This document shows positions 13,401-25,971 of a stretch of 64,000 nt of DNA, piece by piece. Every line of letters begins with the position of its first letter. The first letter of the stretch is position 1. This stretch comes from Phoronis australis. Lineage: Eukaryota > Animalia > Phoronida. The stretch lies in contig NMRA01000002.1 in the NCBI GenBank assembly GCA_002633005.1, positions 2,264,655-2,328,654 of the forward strand. Direction: 5' to 3'. The position numbers were made by a program, and so were the translations under genes. The notes beneath the pieces are model-generated. The model saw nothing but the letters and a program-made list of their open reading frames with translations, was not told where the DNA came from and made no database searches.

Positions 13401-16400
13401 TTCAGTTATCATGAGTAGGGCTTTTGAGTTGGGAACGTCAAAAAAACTTTTGTTTTTTCAGACTTCCGATAAGGACGTGAGATAAGGACTCGTCTCCACT
13501 TGGGTGTGTGTCGACAGCTTAAACCCGGCCTACAGTAGTGTGCCCCCGAAAGAAAGCGGACAGTTGGTTGGCGAAAAAGAATGAGACAAAAGTCAGTCTG
13601 TCACTGATAAACGCATTTATCAGTCTCCTCGATCAGTTAAGTATACGCCCAACGTTTGGATGAAATTTCACAAATGACGTTTGATTTCATTTTAATTTCT
13701 TCAATAGAGTATCTTACGCGAATTACCAATTTGGCGCATGGCGCTTAGATGAGCCACAGCACATGTGACGTATACATTCGTGGCCACGTCGAAAGTCCAA
13801 GACGCTTTTTGTTCCTAACACCAGTGGATACTATAACACTTTCAAACATGGTCACCTGCTTTCCCTACCACTGTTTGTGTCACGAAGTAGCTTACTAGAA
13901 CACATACATGTAGTTTTGTAATCGCGCATACGAGCGGAGTACAATGCGAAAACACTACTCTGGGGGGGGGGGGGGTNGGGGGGGGGGGGGGTAGTGTTTC
14001 GCGAGTATGCGTGGGACCATGCTTACGTACCGTAACGTACGGCAAAGTGATGACGACATTAGTGATTAATCGGTGCGGTTGCAACGTAAGGGATATAGTA
14101 CAGTTTCCATAAACGAAGATTTCTCGCATCAATTCAGCCCTATTTTCTTGGGTCAGAGGAGCGCACACCCGAAACCTGTTTAATTCTTTGACATCTGTCA
14201 CTAGAATTTCAATGTCGATAGCCTAGCGTAATCTATGACTACGAGTACGGTCAAAGGCTTGGAATTCTGCATATTCCGCTGGACGCAACAGTTCGTTTGA
14301 ATAAGGCGAGCCACGAAAAATTTTTAAAAAACAAGTTTGCAACTGCCTTTCACTGGTTTCAGACATGAATGTTCATGTGAACGAAGCGCAGATTCTATTG
14401 TAAATGATTTAGCTGTTTTTAAACTTCTTACCAAATCTGCTATAGGAGCCGCTGCCATGCTGCCTACACGAGCCACCATGGAACTCATGCCCATCAGCCC
14501 ATTTCTGCAAACCGTTGGGAAGATCTCAGCCGACCAGAAGTAGATGATGGCAAATCCCACAGTGGCGCCAAATTTTCCAATCATAGAAAGGGCAATCAGC
14601 CAGTCGTTGTTGGCTGAAATTGCGTACATCTAACATTTAGTTTATACAGACCAGTTCTCCAGTCAATGGCCGATAATACTGCCGATGATTGATGTTGCTG
14701 AAGAGACGAGGATGTGAACTTTTCCNGGAGCGCACACCCGAAACCTGTTTAATTCTTTGACATCTGTCACTAGAATTTCAATGTCGATGGCCTAGCGTAA
14801 TCTATGACTACGAGTACGGTCAAAGGCTTGGAATTCTGCATATTCCGCTGGACGCAACAGTTCGTTTGAATAAGGCGAGCCACGAAAAATTTTTAAAAAA
14901 CACAAGTTTACAACAGCCTTTCACTGGTTTCAGACATGAATGTTCATGTGAACGAAGCGCAGATTCTATTGTAAATTATTTAGCTGTTTTTAAACTTCTT
15001 ACCAAATCTGCTATAGGAGCCGCTGCCATGCTGCCTACACGAGCCACCATGGAACTCATGCCCATCAGCCCATTTCTGCAAACCGTTGGGAAGATCTCAG
15101 CCGACCAGAAGTAGATGATGGCAAATCCCACAGTGGCGCCAAATTTTCCAATCATAGAAAGGGCAATCAGCCAGTCGTTGTTGGCTGAAATTGCGTACAT
15201 CTAACATTTAGTTTATACAGACCAGTTCTCCAGTCAATGGCCGATAATACTGCCGATGATTGATGTTGCTGAAGAGACGAGGATGTGAACTTTTCCTCGA
15301 AAAAATAAGAAAGGTTAATAAGTATTTTAGAAAAAAAGACAGAACCACAGTCTTTAAAGAATTTCTGTCTATACAACGTAAACTGCAAGAAAAACGTGGC
15401 CGATACGTCTGTGCTACCGAGTCTTCCTGAAAAGTCAATACTTACAGTTCATGTAAAGGACAATGAAAATCGTGCTGATGCAGGCCACGCCCCCTAAAAT
15501 CATATTTCCGACGTGTGGACCCTTCCGACCAAGGCACTTGCAAGCGAAGCAAAACGCATACCCCGGGAACTCGATCAATCCAGAGAGAAGGAAGTTGAAG
15601 AAAATGTCGCCGCCTAAATTTCCACTGTTGAGCGTCAGTCCGTAGTACACCATTGCCACCACAGCCCTTAAAAGGTAACTTGATTAATTCATCTCACCTT
15701 GAAGCTAGTACAAACCCACCTTCTGATGGTTTTGGTATGTAATGTTTTATTTGCCGGAACAAGAAGAGATTCTGGGCTTGGAAAGAAGTGATCAGTTGTT
15801 AACGCTCGAGATTAGACTGCGTGCTTGACTTAAAGGGTAACTTTACAAGGAAATCACTTCTAAATTGACCAAGGGACATATATATTCCGCTTTTATTTCG
15901 GTAATTAGTCTTTAAAATTAATCTTTGGCAGATGGCCGATTCAAAGCCACTATTTAAAATTCATGTGTGCTGGTCTTAGTTCCGGATGCGTGATGTGTGC
16001 TAAATTTCTTTGCCGTCTGCGCTTCTAAGTTTCAAATGTCAAAATATTTGCCTGAAGGAAAATCGCAATAACCAACTTGTACTTGTCACCAATTTGCTTC
16101 CTAGGTAAATACACGAATATATGGAACTGTCGCTAAATTTTACAAAGCAAATAGTTTGTATGTTCTCAGATCTTTGTGACAGCAAATCGGTCATTAGGTG
16201 AACCAATAACCGAAAGACATGACTGCATCTGGACAGTGTCTTACCAATTAAAGAATACAATCAGGCAGCGAACCAGTAGAGTTGGTGCCTTAATCAGTGC
16301 ACGCGGAATTTCTTTAAATGTAAGTGTCTTGCCCTCTTGGTCATCACCGTCAAACAATTTATCTGGGAGGGTCACACCATTAACCTGAAATTTAATAACT

Positions 16401-19400
16401 AGATGAACTACACAAGCCAATTTTGTCTTTTTGAATTACAAGATAGAGGATAGCAGTTGCCAACAGTGTACACTAACAGAACTGTCATGGTGTTATGACG
16501 TCAGGAGTCTACCTTAGCAGCGTGCTGAACGATGGCTGCCGCCTCCTCTTTACGGCCTCGTGCTATTAACCATCGGGCAGATTCTGGGACGAAACTACAA
16601 ATAAAAATTCTTAATCATTCAACTTGATCAATGTTTATAGATCTGGACTCAATTACCTTATAAATATTTACTTATACCTTCATTGTACAGGTTTTGTTAT
16701 TTTAGGTGTATCGGTTTAAGCAGTCCCGGCAATACTAATGGAAAATAAAAAAAAATTTAATAACTCAAACGTGGAATTGCAGACCTACGTGAAGTGAACA
16801 TTTCGAGCCATATTACGTCACCGAAACAGCACGGAACAAGCAAGGGACGGCCGAAAGTAGTTGTACAGATGGCACTCAATAGTTTTGAGCCACAGATGAA
16901 TTTGGTTCCCCAATTCCGTTAAAAATTGATTGCTGTTGGGTTGGCTGGGCATCTCAAGTTTTGTGCTTCATGTGAAGGCCACGAATGGAATTTGTTTCGT
17001 TTTTAATCTGCTCTGCGCACGCTCATTTGATACAATTCACCACTTTGGCCGTGAGACGTTATAGTGTGTATAAACAAATATTTATCCCATACGCGTCGAA
17101 TAAGTTGAGTGCAATACGGCTATGTGGTATTTTCCCCCGTATTGCACCCTATTCTCTACTTTTAATAGTGTCTTCTATATTCTGACATGGAAGTTAAAAA
17201 GGTAGGTCAACCTCGAGTCGACGTCGTTATAGGCAGATCGATCATCGAACTTTCCCACAATAGTTTAAGTAATTAAGTTGCATCACTATAAATAACACTC
17301 AACATGCAATCATGTCCCGGACTTAACATCTGGTGCAAAACTGTTAATTATATAGCACTTGTGTCACTTTTATTTGCTAAAATATTATCTTGTCTGCAAC
17401 CCAATAACCGGTTCCTCAGTAACTCACAGTTAAACATCTTTTGTTGTTATTTAATGACTTTCAAAAATACTACAAAATGCAATGTACAGTTACCGATGTT
17501 CGTTGATTTTTATTATTTCGTTTCAAGTAAGAAATCGTTACATTTAACATTGTTTTCTTTTACTAGAGTAAACTTGTAACATAGCGCGCAAGTACATGAA
17601 TATACTATAAGTTGAGATCTGCCATGTGAACAGTCTGGATGATGTATTTGAAAAATTGCCGGAAAAATAAAACAAACTAAGAGTTCGAAGCGCAAGGGAT
17701 AAATACGGTCTCTGGCGGTCGACACGCGTAATAACGCCTCAATACATGTACGTTTTGTGACGAGGAAATGATGAAACTGTGTATCGCCAGTATACGAGTT
17801 AGGTTTTGTTAAAGATTGCCAGTTGTTCACCCCTTGACCCATTTATTGGTTAGACGTGGCTTTTCTTAAACTTATAATGCAAACGTGAGGTTTAAATTTA
17901 GCAGGATTTTCAGGTATGCCCTTCAGACACTGGATTTGTAAAAAAGTGGCTGGTCTAAACCCACTTTTCACCTGATTTCCGTAATTTGTGGATTTTTTTA
18001 CAGTCTGAATCCACTGTCTCTCAGTTCCTAGTGACATCAAGCAAATAATGGCTTTGGGATGAAAACTTCTGTTTTGGTGTACTTTTGAACGCCTTTTCAA
18101 GTATCCTGCCGAACTTCTGGTAGTCGTAAAAGATCGAAATTTGACTTTCGGTCTCAGTGCACTTTGTGCAAGATTTTTGAATTGCCCAGTGTATACTGTT
18201 CATATTTTCAAATTTTGTACATCCGGTGTAACTGAAAGACCTTAATGGAGCAGACACGGCATGGTTTTCAAGAATAAAACAAAAGTGACGTAGACTAACG
18301 TAAGTCAACAAGCCTAACCGTCTATTACATTTGGCACTTGTGTGCGAAGAATGAGACTCAAAGCATAATGTAACACCCAAATCGGTATTCTGTGTTATAC
18401 ATGTACAGTAACTGCACGCCTGAAGATAGGAGATTGTATGGAGACTACGAGCAAATGTATATTACGCTGTCTAACAAAAAGTACAATCGTGCCTTCAACC
18501 AAGTTTGTGTCAATGAAGGGCTGCTACCGAACTATACTTCAATACTTCCTTTACGAAATATAACTTCGACTAAACTCACAATCCATAGGACAGTAATAGA
18601 AAGCACGGCAGAGAACAGGCTAACTGAAGCCACATCCAGTCACGAAGAAGGTAGGCCATGCCTGTCAGAATGATGTAACCGGCGGCAAAGAAGAATTCGA
18701 TAACTATACCGGCGAACAGGCGCATTGAAGGAACCATAAACTCCATACCTGGAAAGATATGAAGAGTTGAAATCACATCAATAAAAGTAAATGGGCAATT
18801 GTAAAAAATAAGCAATACCAACGATTTTAATTTTAACAGACCCATCAAAATAACTTTAGTACGCTAAAAATACATGCGTGTGCAATCAAAGGTTGAGATG
18901 TCACAAAAAAGGAAAAGCTTAAGAAATAGATTGAGTTCATAAAAGTACAATAATGGAACACCCATTTGAAAGTACACTTTGTTACGCCATCACATAGGTA
19001 CAGATTTCACCACGTTATCTAGGGTGCTTGTCAGTTTCAAAACTGTATCAATTGTTTCGACGTTTCGTATGAGGTATCACATCGAAATTGCAATATTTTC
19101 AAACAATACGTATTTGGCCTAATTAATAATTATTTACAAATTATTTTGTTCTAATTAATTCTGAAATACTTTGTGTCGTGAGGCTACAGTCACTCACCGA
19201 CTACAAATGCGGTCAAAAAGACTCCCGGGTTGGCAGTTCCGATGATAAAACGGAGGATAACGAATGCGGTGTAGTTTGGAGAGAACGCTGTGGCGACCCC
19301 TGCGGCTCCTAGTAACAATATCGATATGAGCAAAGTTTTCTTGCGGCCAATTCTGAAAAAGTCATGTTATTAGCACAGCAATGAGCTTGTTAGGAATTCA

Positions 19401-22400
19401 AACATTTAGAATAGTTTCAACGTTTTCAGTAAACATTATTAAGTAGAACCTCTACTGCTCTATGGCTAAACGTTTGAAGTACTGGAAAAACTACGGACTT
19501 ATTCTATATGTTATATAATCACTCGAAACATCGAAATAATTTGCAATCGACCTAACTGATGGGTTCAGTAGTTGAGTGTAACGGAAACTTAGGAATGCTC
19601 CTTTAGCCTAGTCACAACCCATCGCAAGACGGTGCACGTGCAGTACTGTGGTGGTAAAATTTTAGGTAAGTAAGCGCCCAAAGCCCATCGTACCGCCTTG
19701 AGCGCTGAACTTTAAAACTACATGTAGGTTGATCTCGCAAAACCTGACTCACAAACATGTAGGGCCTACTTTTAGGCTCACATATTGAGTCTGCAGTGGC
19801 GGATCTTGGATGTCTGAGAAAGAAGGTCTTACCCAGTGCTGTAGTAGCAAAATTAGAGGTAAGAAGGCGCTCAATGACCACCGTATCACCTTGAGCAATG
19901 AATTTTAAAAGTGCACTGAATTCCCATGATAACGTAACTTTCGGTGCGTAGGCGCTCCCGTTAACGTGTAAATGCCAAAAAGAGGTTGACAGCGCTTACG
20001 TGCGCCTACGCCTCACTGCAGCTCTGGTCTTAACACACACATTCGAAATTTTCACGTGCATTCCAAGCGGTCTGTGAAGGGACCCAAGCACAATTATAAC
20101 GGGAAAAGGAGCGTAACGCTCAGAAACGATATGCTGGCGGGGATTTTTAGTCGACGGTGGGGTGTGTCCTCGGAGCTCTTTGCCCTCCTATGGTGTGGTA
20201 CCATAATTATTTCTTAATCGGGTAGCGTACGTGTATGGCTGGTGGTCGCGTGCGCCGAAGTGTTCGGCAACAACGCTGTCGTCAGTCTAGCACATTGTTG
20301 TCGTAAGCTATGGTAACGACACTACGCCAAATATACCGTCACTTACGGCGCGTAGACGCTACGTTACCTAAAAATGTAAAAATGTGGTTGACTGCAACTA
20401 CGTGGGATTCCGCCCCACTATACCGTAACTTACGGTGAGCAAGCGAAGCGTTAAAAAGAAAAAAGGTGGTTGGCTGCGTCTACGTACGCTTAAGCCCCAC
20501 TACAGCAGTGTGCATGTGCAAAAACGCAAAAAACGCACGGAGGGCTGCAGGGCGGCAGCAGGGCGGCAGCAGGGCGGCAGCAGGGCGGCAGCAGGGCGGC
20601 AGCAGGGCGGCAGCAGAGGTTCTTTGTCATGTTAAATACACTCTGTGGGCGTTTATGTTTTTTTCAGCGATATAGGAACGCCAAAAGTCGCACAGCCAAA
20701 AATATGCGTCGTCCTTTTGTGATATAGGCTTCACATGTACAATACACTGATACTGGAAGGCTTCCAATGCCAAGAATGAAGTATTGCTGTTGTGCTTTGC
20801 GATGGAGTGCTACTCCAACGGGAGAAAGTTGGAAAAACTTGATAAATGATTCGTGGTGGTCGCTGTCCGACTCCACTTAAATAAATGAGAATACTAGCAC
20901 ATGAAGCAAAATCGCCGGACAAAGGAGAGTTCTATTCCTGTCTAGTGGGGGGGGGGGAGTAATTTTCATGAAGACCTATCCAACCAATCAGTAAGTCCAA
21001 AAACACGTACATGTAATAAACCGATTATGTTCATTTAAGACTCATCTTTGAATACCTTCCTTTTGGTTCACCTTTGAAGATTAAAACTCTTGCTTTTGTT
21101 TTTTTATAAGAACAAGTAGCGTTCGTAATAACACGTAATTAAACATGGTCCCAATGTACGTAGTTCACTGACTATTTCAACGGAAACCTTCACAGCCACT
21201 AATTTTATTTATTTGAGTTAGTTCGCGTGCACGTCTTGACCGCTGCTGTCCTAACGTCGCTGCTTTAAAAACATACATACACAATGTGTCAAATTGTCTA
21301 AAACACATCCAAAAAAGGTAGCGTTTCCACCATTACACTGTACAATATCACTTTCTTGATCTTTATCTCTTGCCATTCGTTCTTTTTATGCTAACATCGA
21401 TTGTGGTATAAACCAAATGTTCTAGACTACTTTGCCAGTAGAACAAAGCAACTAAGTTATCTACAGTATCCTTGAGTGGGAGATGTAATTTCTAAGCCTA
21501 TAGAACCTCAAACATTGACTGGAGATAGATTTCATGAAACTCGAAATCATTAGGTCAAATCTTTTGTTTCATTGTCTATACATGCGTACTTTTCCAATGA
21601 ACGTAAACAGATTTAGTAAATTGGATGCGCTATCTTGAGTGGGCGATGGAACAGTTCCGTTTATTTATTACTGACACTGTGATGACGATGGCCCGAATAT
21701 TTTTTCTTCCCGCTACTCTGTGGTGAGGTTTTTTTATCATGAACAACAGTAAAATCAAAATGAAATTTCTACGTATTTTTATTAGTGAACTTGTTCTGAC
21801 TTCTGTTACGCCTAGTGCAAAAAATAAAATATCGCCTTCATTACCCAAAGCGGTCCAAATCATAACGTTACCAATGGTCTGCAACTTGTCGACAGTCTTT
21901 CGAGTGAAACGTTTTAATTTTCTCTCACCTTTTAGAGCAATATATGAAAAAATCATTTTGAGGAAAAATGTCAACCAATGAAATTCACGGTACGTATGGA
22001 ATCCGCACGTATCACAAGAGTCCGGCATATGGAACCACTATTTTCAAAGCTCTCAAATTTGAAGTACATGTACTGTCTCCATTAGATGAACGTATTTCCC
22101 ACAATTCTTTCTCGAAAAATTACTCACGCGTCGGACATTACACCAAATACCGCTGCCCCGGCCAGAACTCCGCCCATGAACACAACGGTCGCCAGTGTTG
22201 CTTTACCCTGGTCAGCGCAGACGAGGTTGAACTGAAAAAAGATGGCTCAATTCAAAAGTACATGTATGGTTTGAATGCATGGCCGAATTTGACTCTTTAA
22301 TCTGGCTCAGAAATGCCCCTGAAAACCCAAAACCTTCATGTTGCTTCACGTTAAGATAGCTAACAACCCGTGGATATCTAAACCAGTAAATTAACAAACA

Positions 22401-25400
22401 AATAAACTAGTACAAGCTAACCTGAGTGACGACAGTCTTTTGAAATATCGACGTGTCATAAACCCATGAAGAACACTTAGACTTATCGGTCAGATTAAGC
22501 GTCAAGTTCCGTTGGAAAATTTCCGCAGCCCATGTGAAGTTGACGGCGGAGTAAACGTTGCATTTGTCGACAGTGCCGTCATCGTTTATGGGGATGAACG
22601 CGTTGATGTAGGCTTGATGGGTCTCGTTACGAATTTGGAACGTGTCTCCGGAAAAACCAGGTATAGCACACCTACAAAGCAAAAGTTGGCGTGAAGTAGC
22701 AGTGCCGGATTGAGGCTTCTGAGGATTCAAATGGAGTTAAAATTACGGAAATCTCAACTACTTAACAGTGGTCATCGTCACAATTGCCCTCCTTGCAACT
22801 TTCCATTGATAGAGCTTCTCTCAGTTGCCCTGAAGGCTCACCTCCCCCCCGGGCCCCCAGTCGCCATACATGTGACTTGAAAATTTCCGGTCTCAGTACC
22901 CCTCCAGATCCCAATTCGAAATCGTCCTCACGTAATTTTTCAATGTAATTCTGGAGGGGCCCCTAAGGATGCGAGCCCTAATTTTGCGGGTTTTACCGCT
23001 AAGCAGCATTCAGTTAGCTCAAAATATAATCTCTGCCCTGTTCCATGAAAAACAAACCTACGAGCGTGGTGTGAATTGGTCTGCGTCTTTTGCTTATCCA
23101 AATGATACGGAGTCATTATGTGTGGACTGTTTCGCGTAAAGTGACTGTCGACTTAAGCCAGTAATCTGGTCTTACGCTTCACGTAGCTATTTCTAAAAAA
23201 GTGATTAAATCTCATATGAATTATTTCTACACTGTGACGCGCCTATAATTTCTTGTCTAAGCCTATATTTCGCAATCAGGAAGGGGGCTTTAAACCAAAT
23301 TTGTGTTTTTTAGGACGTCTTAATTCACTTTCACGAAACAAGCCCCCTACTACCAAGTGTTTGCGAATCTTAGTGTGCCAAAAGCGCGTTCATGCAGGTC
23401 AAGGCAAACATATGTCACCGCGAAGCAATGTTTTTTCAAGGCGCAACCAAAAAGGAATACATTTGAACACGTCATCACGTCAGATCAAGTGTCACTGGTC
23501 TCTAGTGCGTTGGATCTGTACATGTAGGGCCTATAGAAAATGGTTTTTGTGAGTACTTTAGGGGGGCAATTTTATTTTGGTGTTTTTTAATTCATTTATT
23601 AGAGTGTTTTCAAAATCTAAAAAGTTCCCACATAATCATGGTATTCGTGCTATATCAGTTTTTGCCTGCAACATCCACCGAAATTGGTATTTATATGGCT
23701 GACTCAGAAAAGGTTGCAATATCCACATACTGTAAATCGCCAGCGAGAAAAGCTCATGGAGTGGTGCATACTTTTCTATTGGCTCTAGGAAATTGCTTGT
23801 AGACGCAGAGGAGTAAAGTAAAGTAAACTTTATTGAATTCAGGTCAATGACCCATAATTCAATTGTACATAATAATAATAACAATAAAAACAATAATTAT
23901 GATAATGATAATGATAATAATAGGTGCGCTGAGTACAATACACACACGGCTTGGACTAGTTGCAGTAGGTTACAATTCTAGCAACAATATTTATTTTCCT
24001 TTTTGTGAATAAAGGCAAAGGTTTTGAGTTCGACTGGTTTGTGAATAATGCAACCTTCACGCTATGTCGGAAGAAAATCTCTCCTCAGGTCATCAAGTAC
24101 AGGGCATATGAAAACAAGGTGAAACTCTGTTTCAACGTTGCCTGTGTTAAAAATCTGGCATAAATGTTGTACTGTGGCATTATTTTTTCTACCCAGTATC
24201 TATATTGTGGCCTGTGACAAATTGAAATGATGAGTGTAGCTTGGCATATCACTGCGGTTGACAACAGAGGTAGCTCTTAATATTGCAATACAAATAACAT
24301 TGTCTCGAAGGGTGCATATCAGTTAGCCATTTCTGAAACAGTACATGTACATCTTTCAATCTTCCTTTAAATTCACTAAAAGATGAATGGTCGTTTCCAA
24401 CACCCTGGAACAACCAAACAGAACCAAATCCAGTTTCAATCTCTAAGGTTTCCACTCTAGAACACCAGGTTGTTTCACCTTGAACTTCACGCCGAGGAAT
24501 AAATGAAAACATTTGAGAATGGACAGAAATATGCAGGCATTCAGATATTGATGGAATAGAGCCTCCTGTGCCTATACATTGTGTACATTGAGTTTAGGGG
24601 CATGTGCCAGTATCCCAAGGAGTAAAATTTTTTAACGACTGCAATATGGCTCAAGGCAGAAAACTATCGTTGGCCAAATGAATGAATGTTACGTCCGTAA
24701 TTTAATTCTTGTTAGATGCGTATAATAACTACATTGTATGTGCGCGTAAAGTAACTTTTAACGGCATAAAATAATACTTTACGCTGCAAACAATTACTTT
24801 ACGCTGAAGAGAACTATTTTCCACCTCAAATAATTACTTTACGCCGTTTAAAGTTACTTTACGCTGCAAACAACTACTTTACGCTGCAGAGAAATATTTT
24901 GCGCTTCAAATAATTACTTTACACCGTTTAAAGTTACTTTACGCTGCAAACAATTACTTTACGCTGCAGAGAAATATTTTGCAACTCAAATAATTACTTT
25001 ACGCCGTTTAAAGTTACTTTACGCTGCAAATAATTACTTTACGCCTCTATCAAAAATTAACTGATGGACGTACTTTAATGGCGTAACGTTCACCTATTTG
25101 GCCAACGATATAAAACGCACAGGTACAGTAAAACTTAATGTCTACAAAGTGCAATTTTGTTTACCCAGTGTCCTGTTGTTGATAGCAAGCATTAAGATTA
25201 GGCAAATGAGTTCCACTTGATGCCAAATTTACGTCCGTACTTAACAAACCTTTTACTGGCCAGACAACGCGTGGTAAATAGTATTTTATTGCGTTCAGTG
25301 ACTTTTATTTGCAAATAAATTATTTCAAAAATGCAGCAAAGATTTTGAGCATGAATCTCCGACTTGCACAAGCGCACTCTTAGATAAGGTCGTCTCAACG

Positions 25401-25971
25401 AATAAATTCATCTGAATTGTCACCATAACATACAACATAAAACATAGCTGTGCATTTTCGTGTAAAATTGTGTCATATATGTTTATAATATACCAGGTTA
25501 TTAAATTTTAGCGCACATGGATTGTTTTTTACTTACAGCTAATTACGCAAGGATTACGCTATGACTTAAAAACAACAAAAAGACAAATGTTTCAGAATAA
25601 TAGCTCATCACAATTTGCGAAACGTGTTTACCCAATTCTAATAAATCTGTGCCAACCCTAAGTATGTTTTTATTTTTTACCAATATCACTTTTTACCGGT
25701 TAGTTTCTTTTTATCGCCAGTCTTGTAGTTTGCTCTTACTGCATCACTAACATTGTCCACAAACACAGTAAACTGAAATGTACTAGTAAAAATTCGCCAA
25801 AACGAAGATTAATGAGAAAATGTCTTACCTGTGTTCTGGAACAGCGGCGATAAACACAGACACGAGCATGTGTAACGCGCATGGTATGGCTGGTATGCAG
25901 AGCAGGACATAGGTCCTCAACTGATATTTACCAAATTTCCCCAGTTGTAAAAGTATTTCATCGAAATGCAT
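10436..25971 (-). CDS. SLC22-family (Orct-like) organic cation transporter, complete 11-exon gene, 578 aa
   Basis: Hand-spliced GT-AG exons with consistent phases: 25829-25971 ([22 protein letters not shown]), 22422-22671 ([20 protein letters not shown]), 22128-22231 (FNLVC..FGVMSD), 19198-19352 (IGRKK..), 18580-18748 ([12 protein letters not shown]), 16513-16594 (FVPESARWL), 16245-16384, 15446-15666 ([12 protein letters not shown]), 15003-15184 ([16 protein letters not shown]), 12425-12576 ([15 protein letters not shown]), 10436-10574 (..AEDENRM*). Total 1737 nt open frame with SLC22/MFS motifs. Confidence 0.95.
11770..11919. mobile_element. PIF/Harbinger-like MITE; second copy at 26266-26415
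   Basis: gggcccagttgcataaaagtt ... aagttttgtgcaacccagccc inverted ends. The two copies are collinear. Confidence 0.6.
14432..14613 (-). other. Duplicate of SLC22 exon 9 within the block 14158-14725 ~ 14727-15296, joined by n at 14726
   Basis: Exon sequence identical to 15003-15184. Only a few intronic SNPs or indels, and the junction is an n. Confidence 0.8.
19630..20510. mobile_element. Cluster of hAT-like MITE fragments (TIR cagtgctgtagtgg..ccactacagcactg); same family at 49081-49232 and 55541-55703
   Basis: Shared core ggtaaaattagaggta..gcccaaagccca.cgta..gagcactgaacgtaacttacggtg..aaaaggtggttggctg in all copies. Confidence 0.6.
20547..20616. repeat. GC-rich minisatellite (GCAGGGCGGCA) x6
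   Basis: Exact 11-bp tandem units are visible. Confidence 0.9.
24665..25110. mobile_element. MITE with 15-bp TIRs and an internal ~65-bp tandem array (copy B)
   Basis: tatcgttggccaaat ... atttggccaacgata. Internal unit aagttactttacgctgcaaacaattacttttacgctgcagagaaatattttgc..aaataattactttacgccgttta repeats about 4 times at 24770-25045. Confidence 0.75.

Noticed and set aside
13962-13992. Poly-G tract as a G-quadruplex element
   Set aside because: It contains an n at a contig join, so its length and structure are unreliable.
14432-15184. Mutually exclusive duplicated SLC22 exon 9
   Set aside because: The copies are identical and joined by a single n, so an assembly overlap is the simpler explanation.
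20435-20675. ORFs with [11 protein letters not shown] repeats
   Set aside because: They are translations of the 11-bp minisatellite beside a MITE in an intron.
24770-25045. Regular repeats resembling a CRISPR array
   Set aside because: Units are contiguous tandem copies with no unique spacers, lie inside a MITE in a spliceosomal intron, and no cas genes are present.
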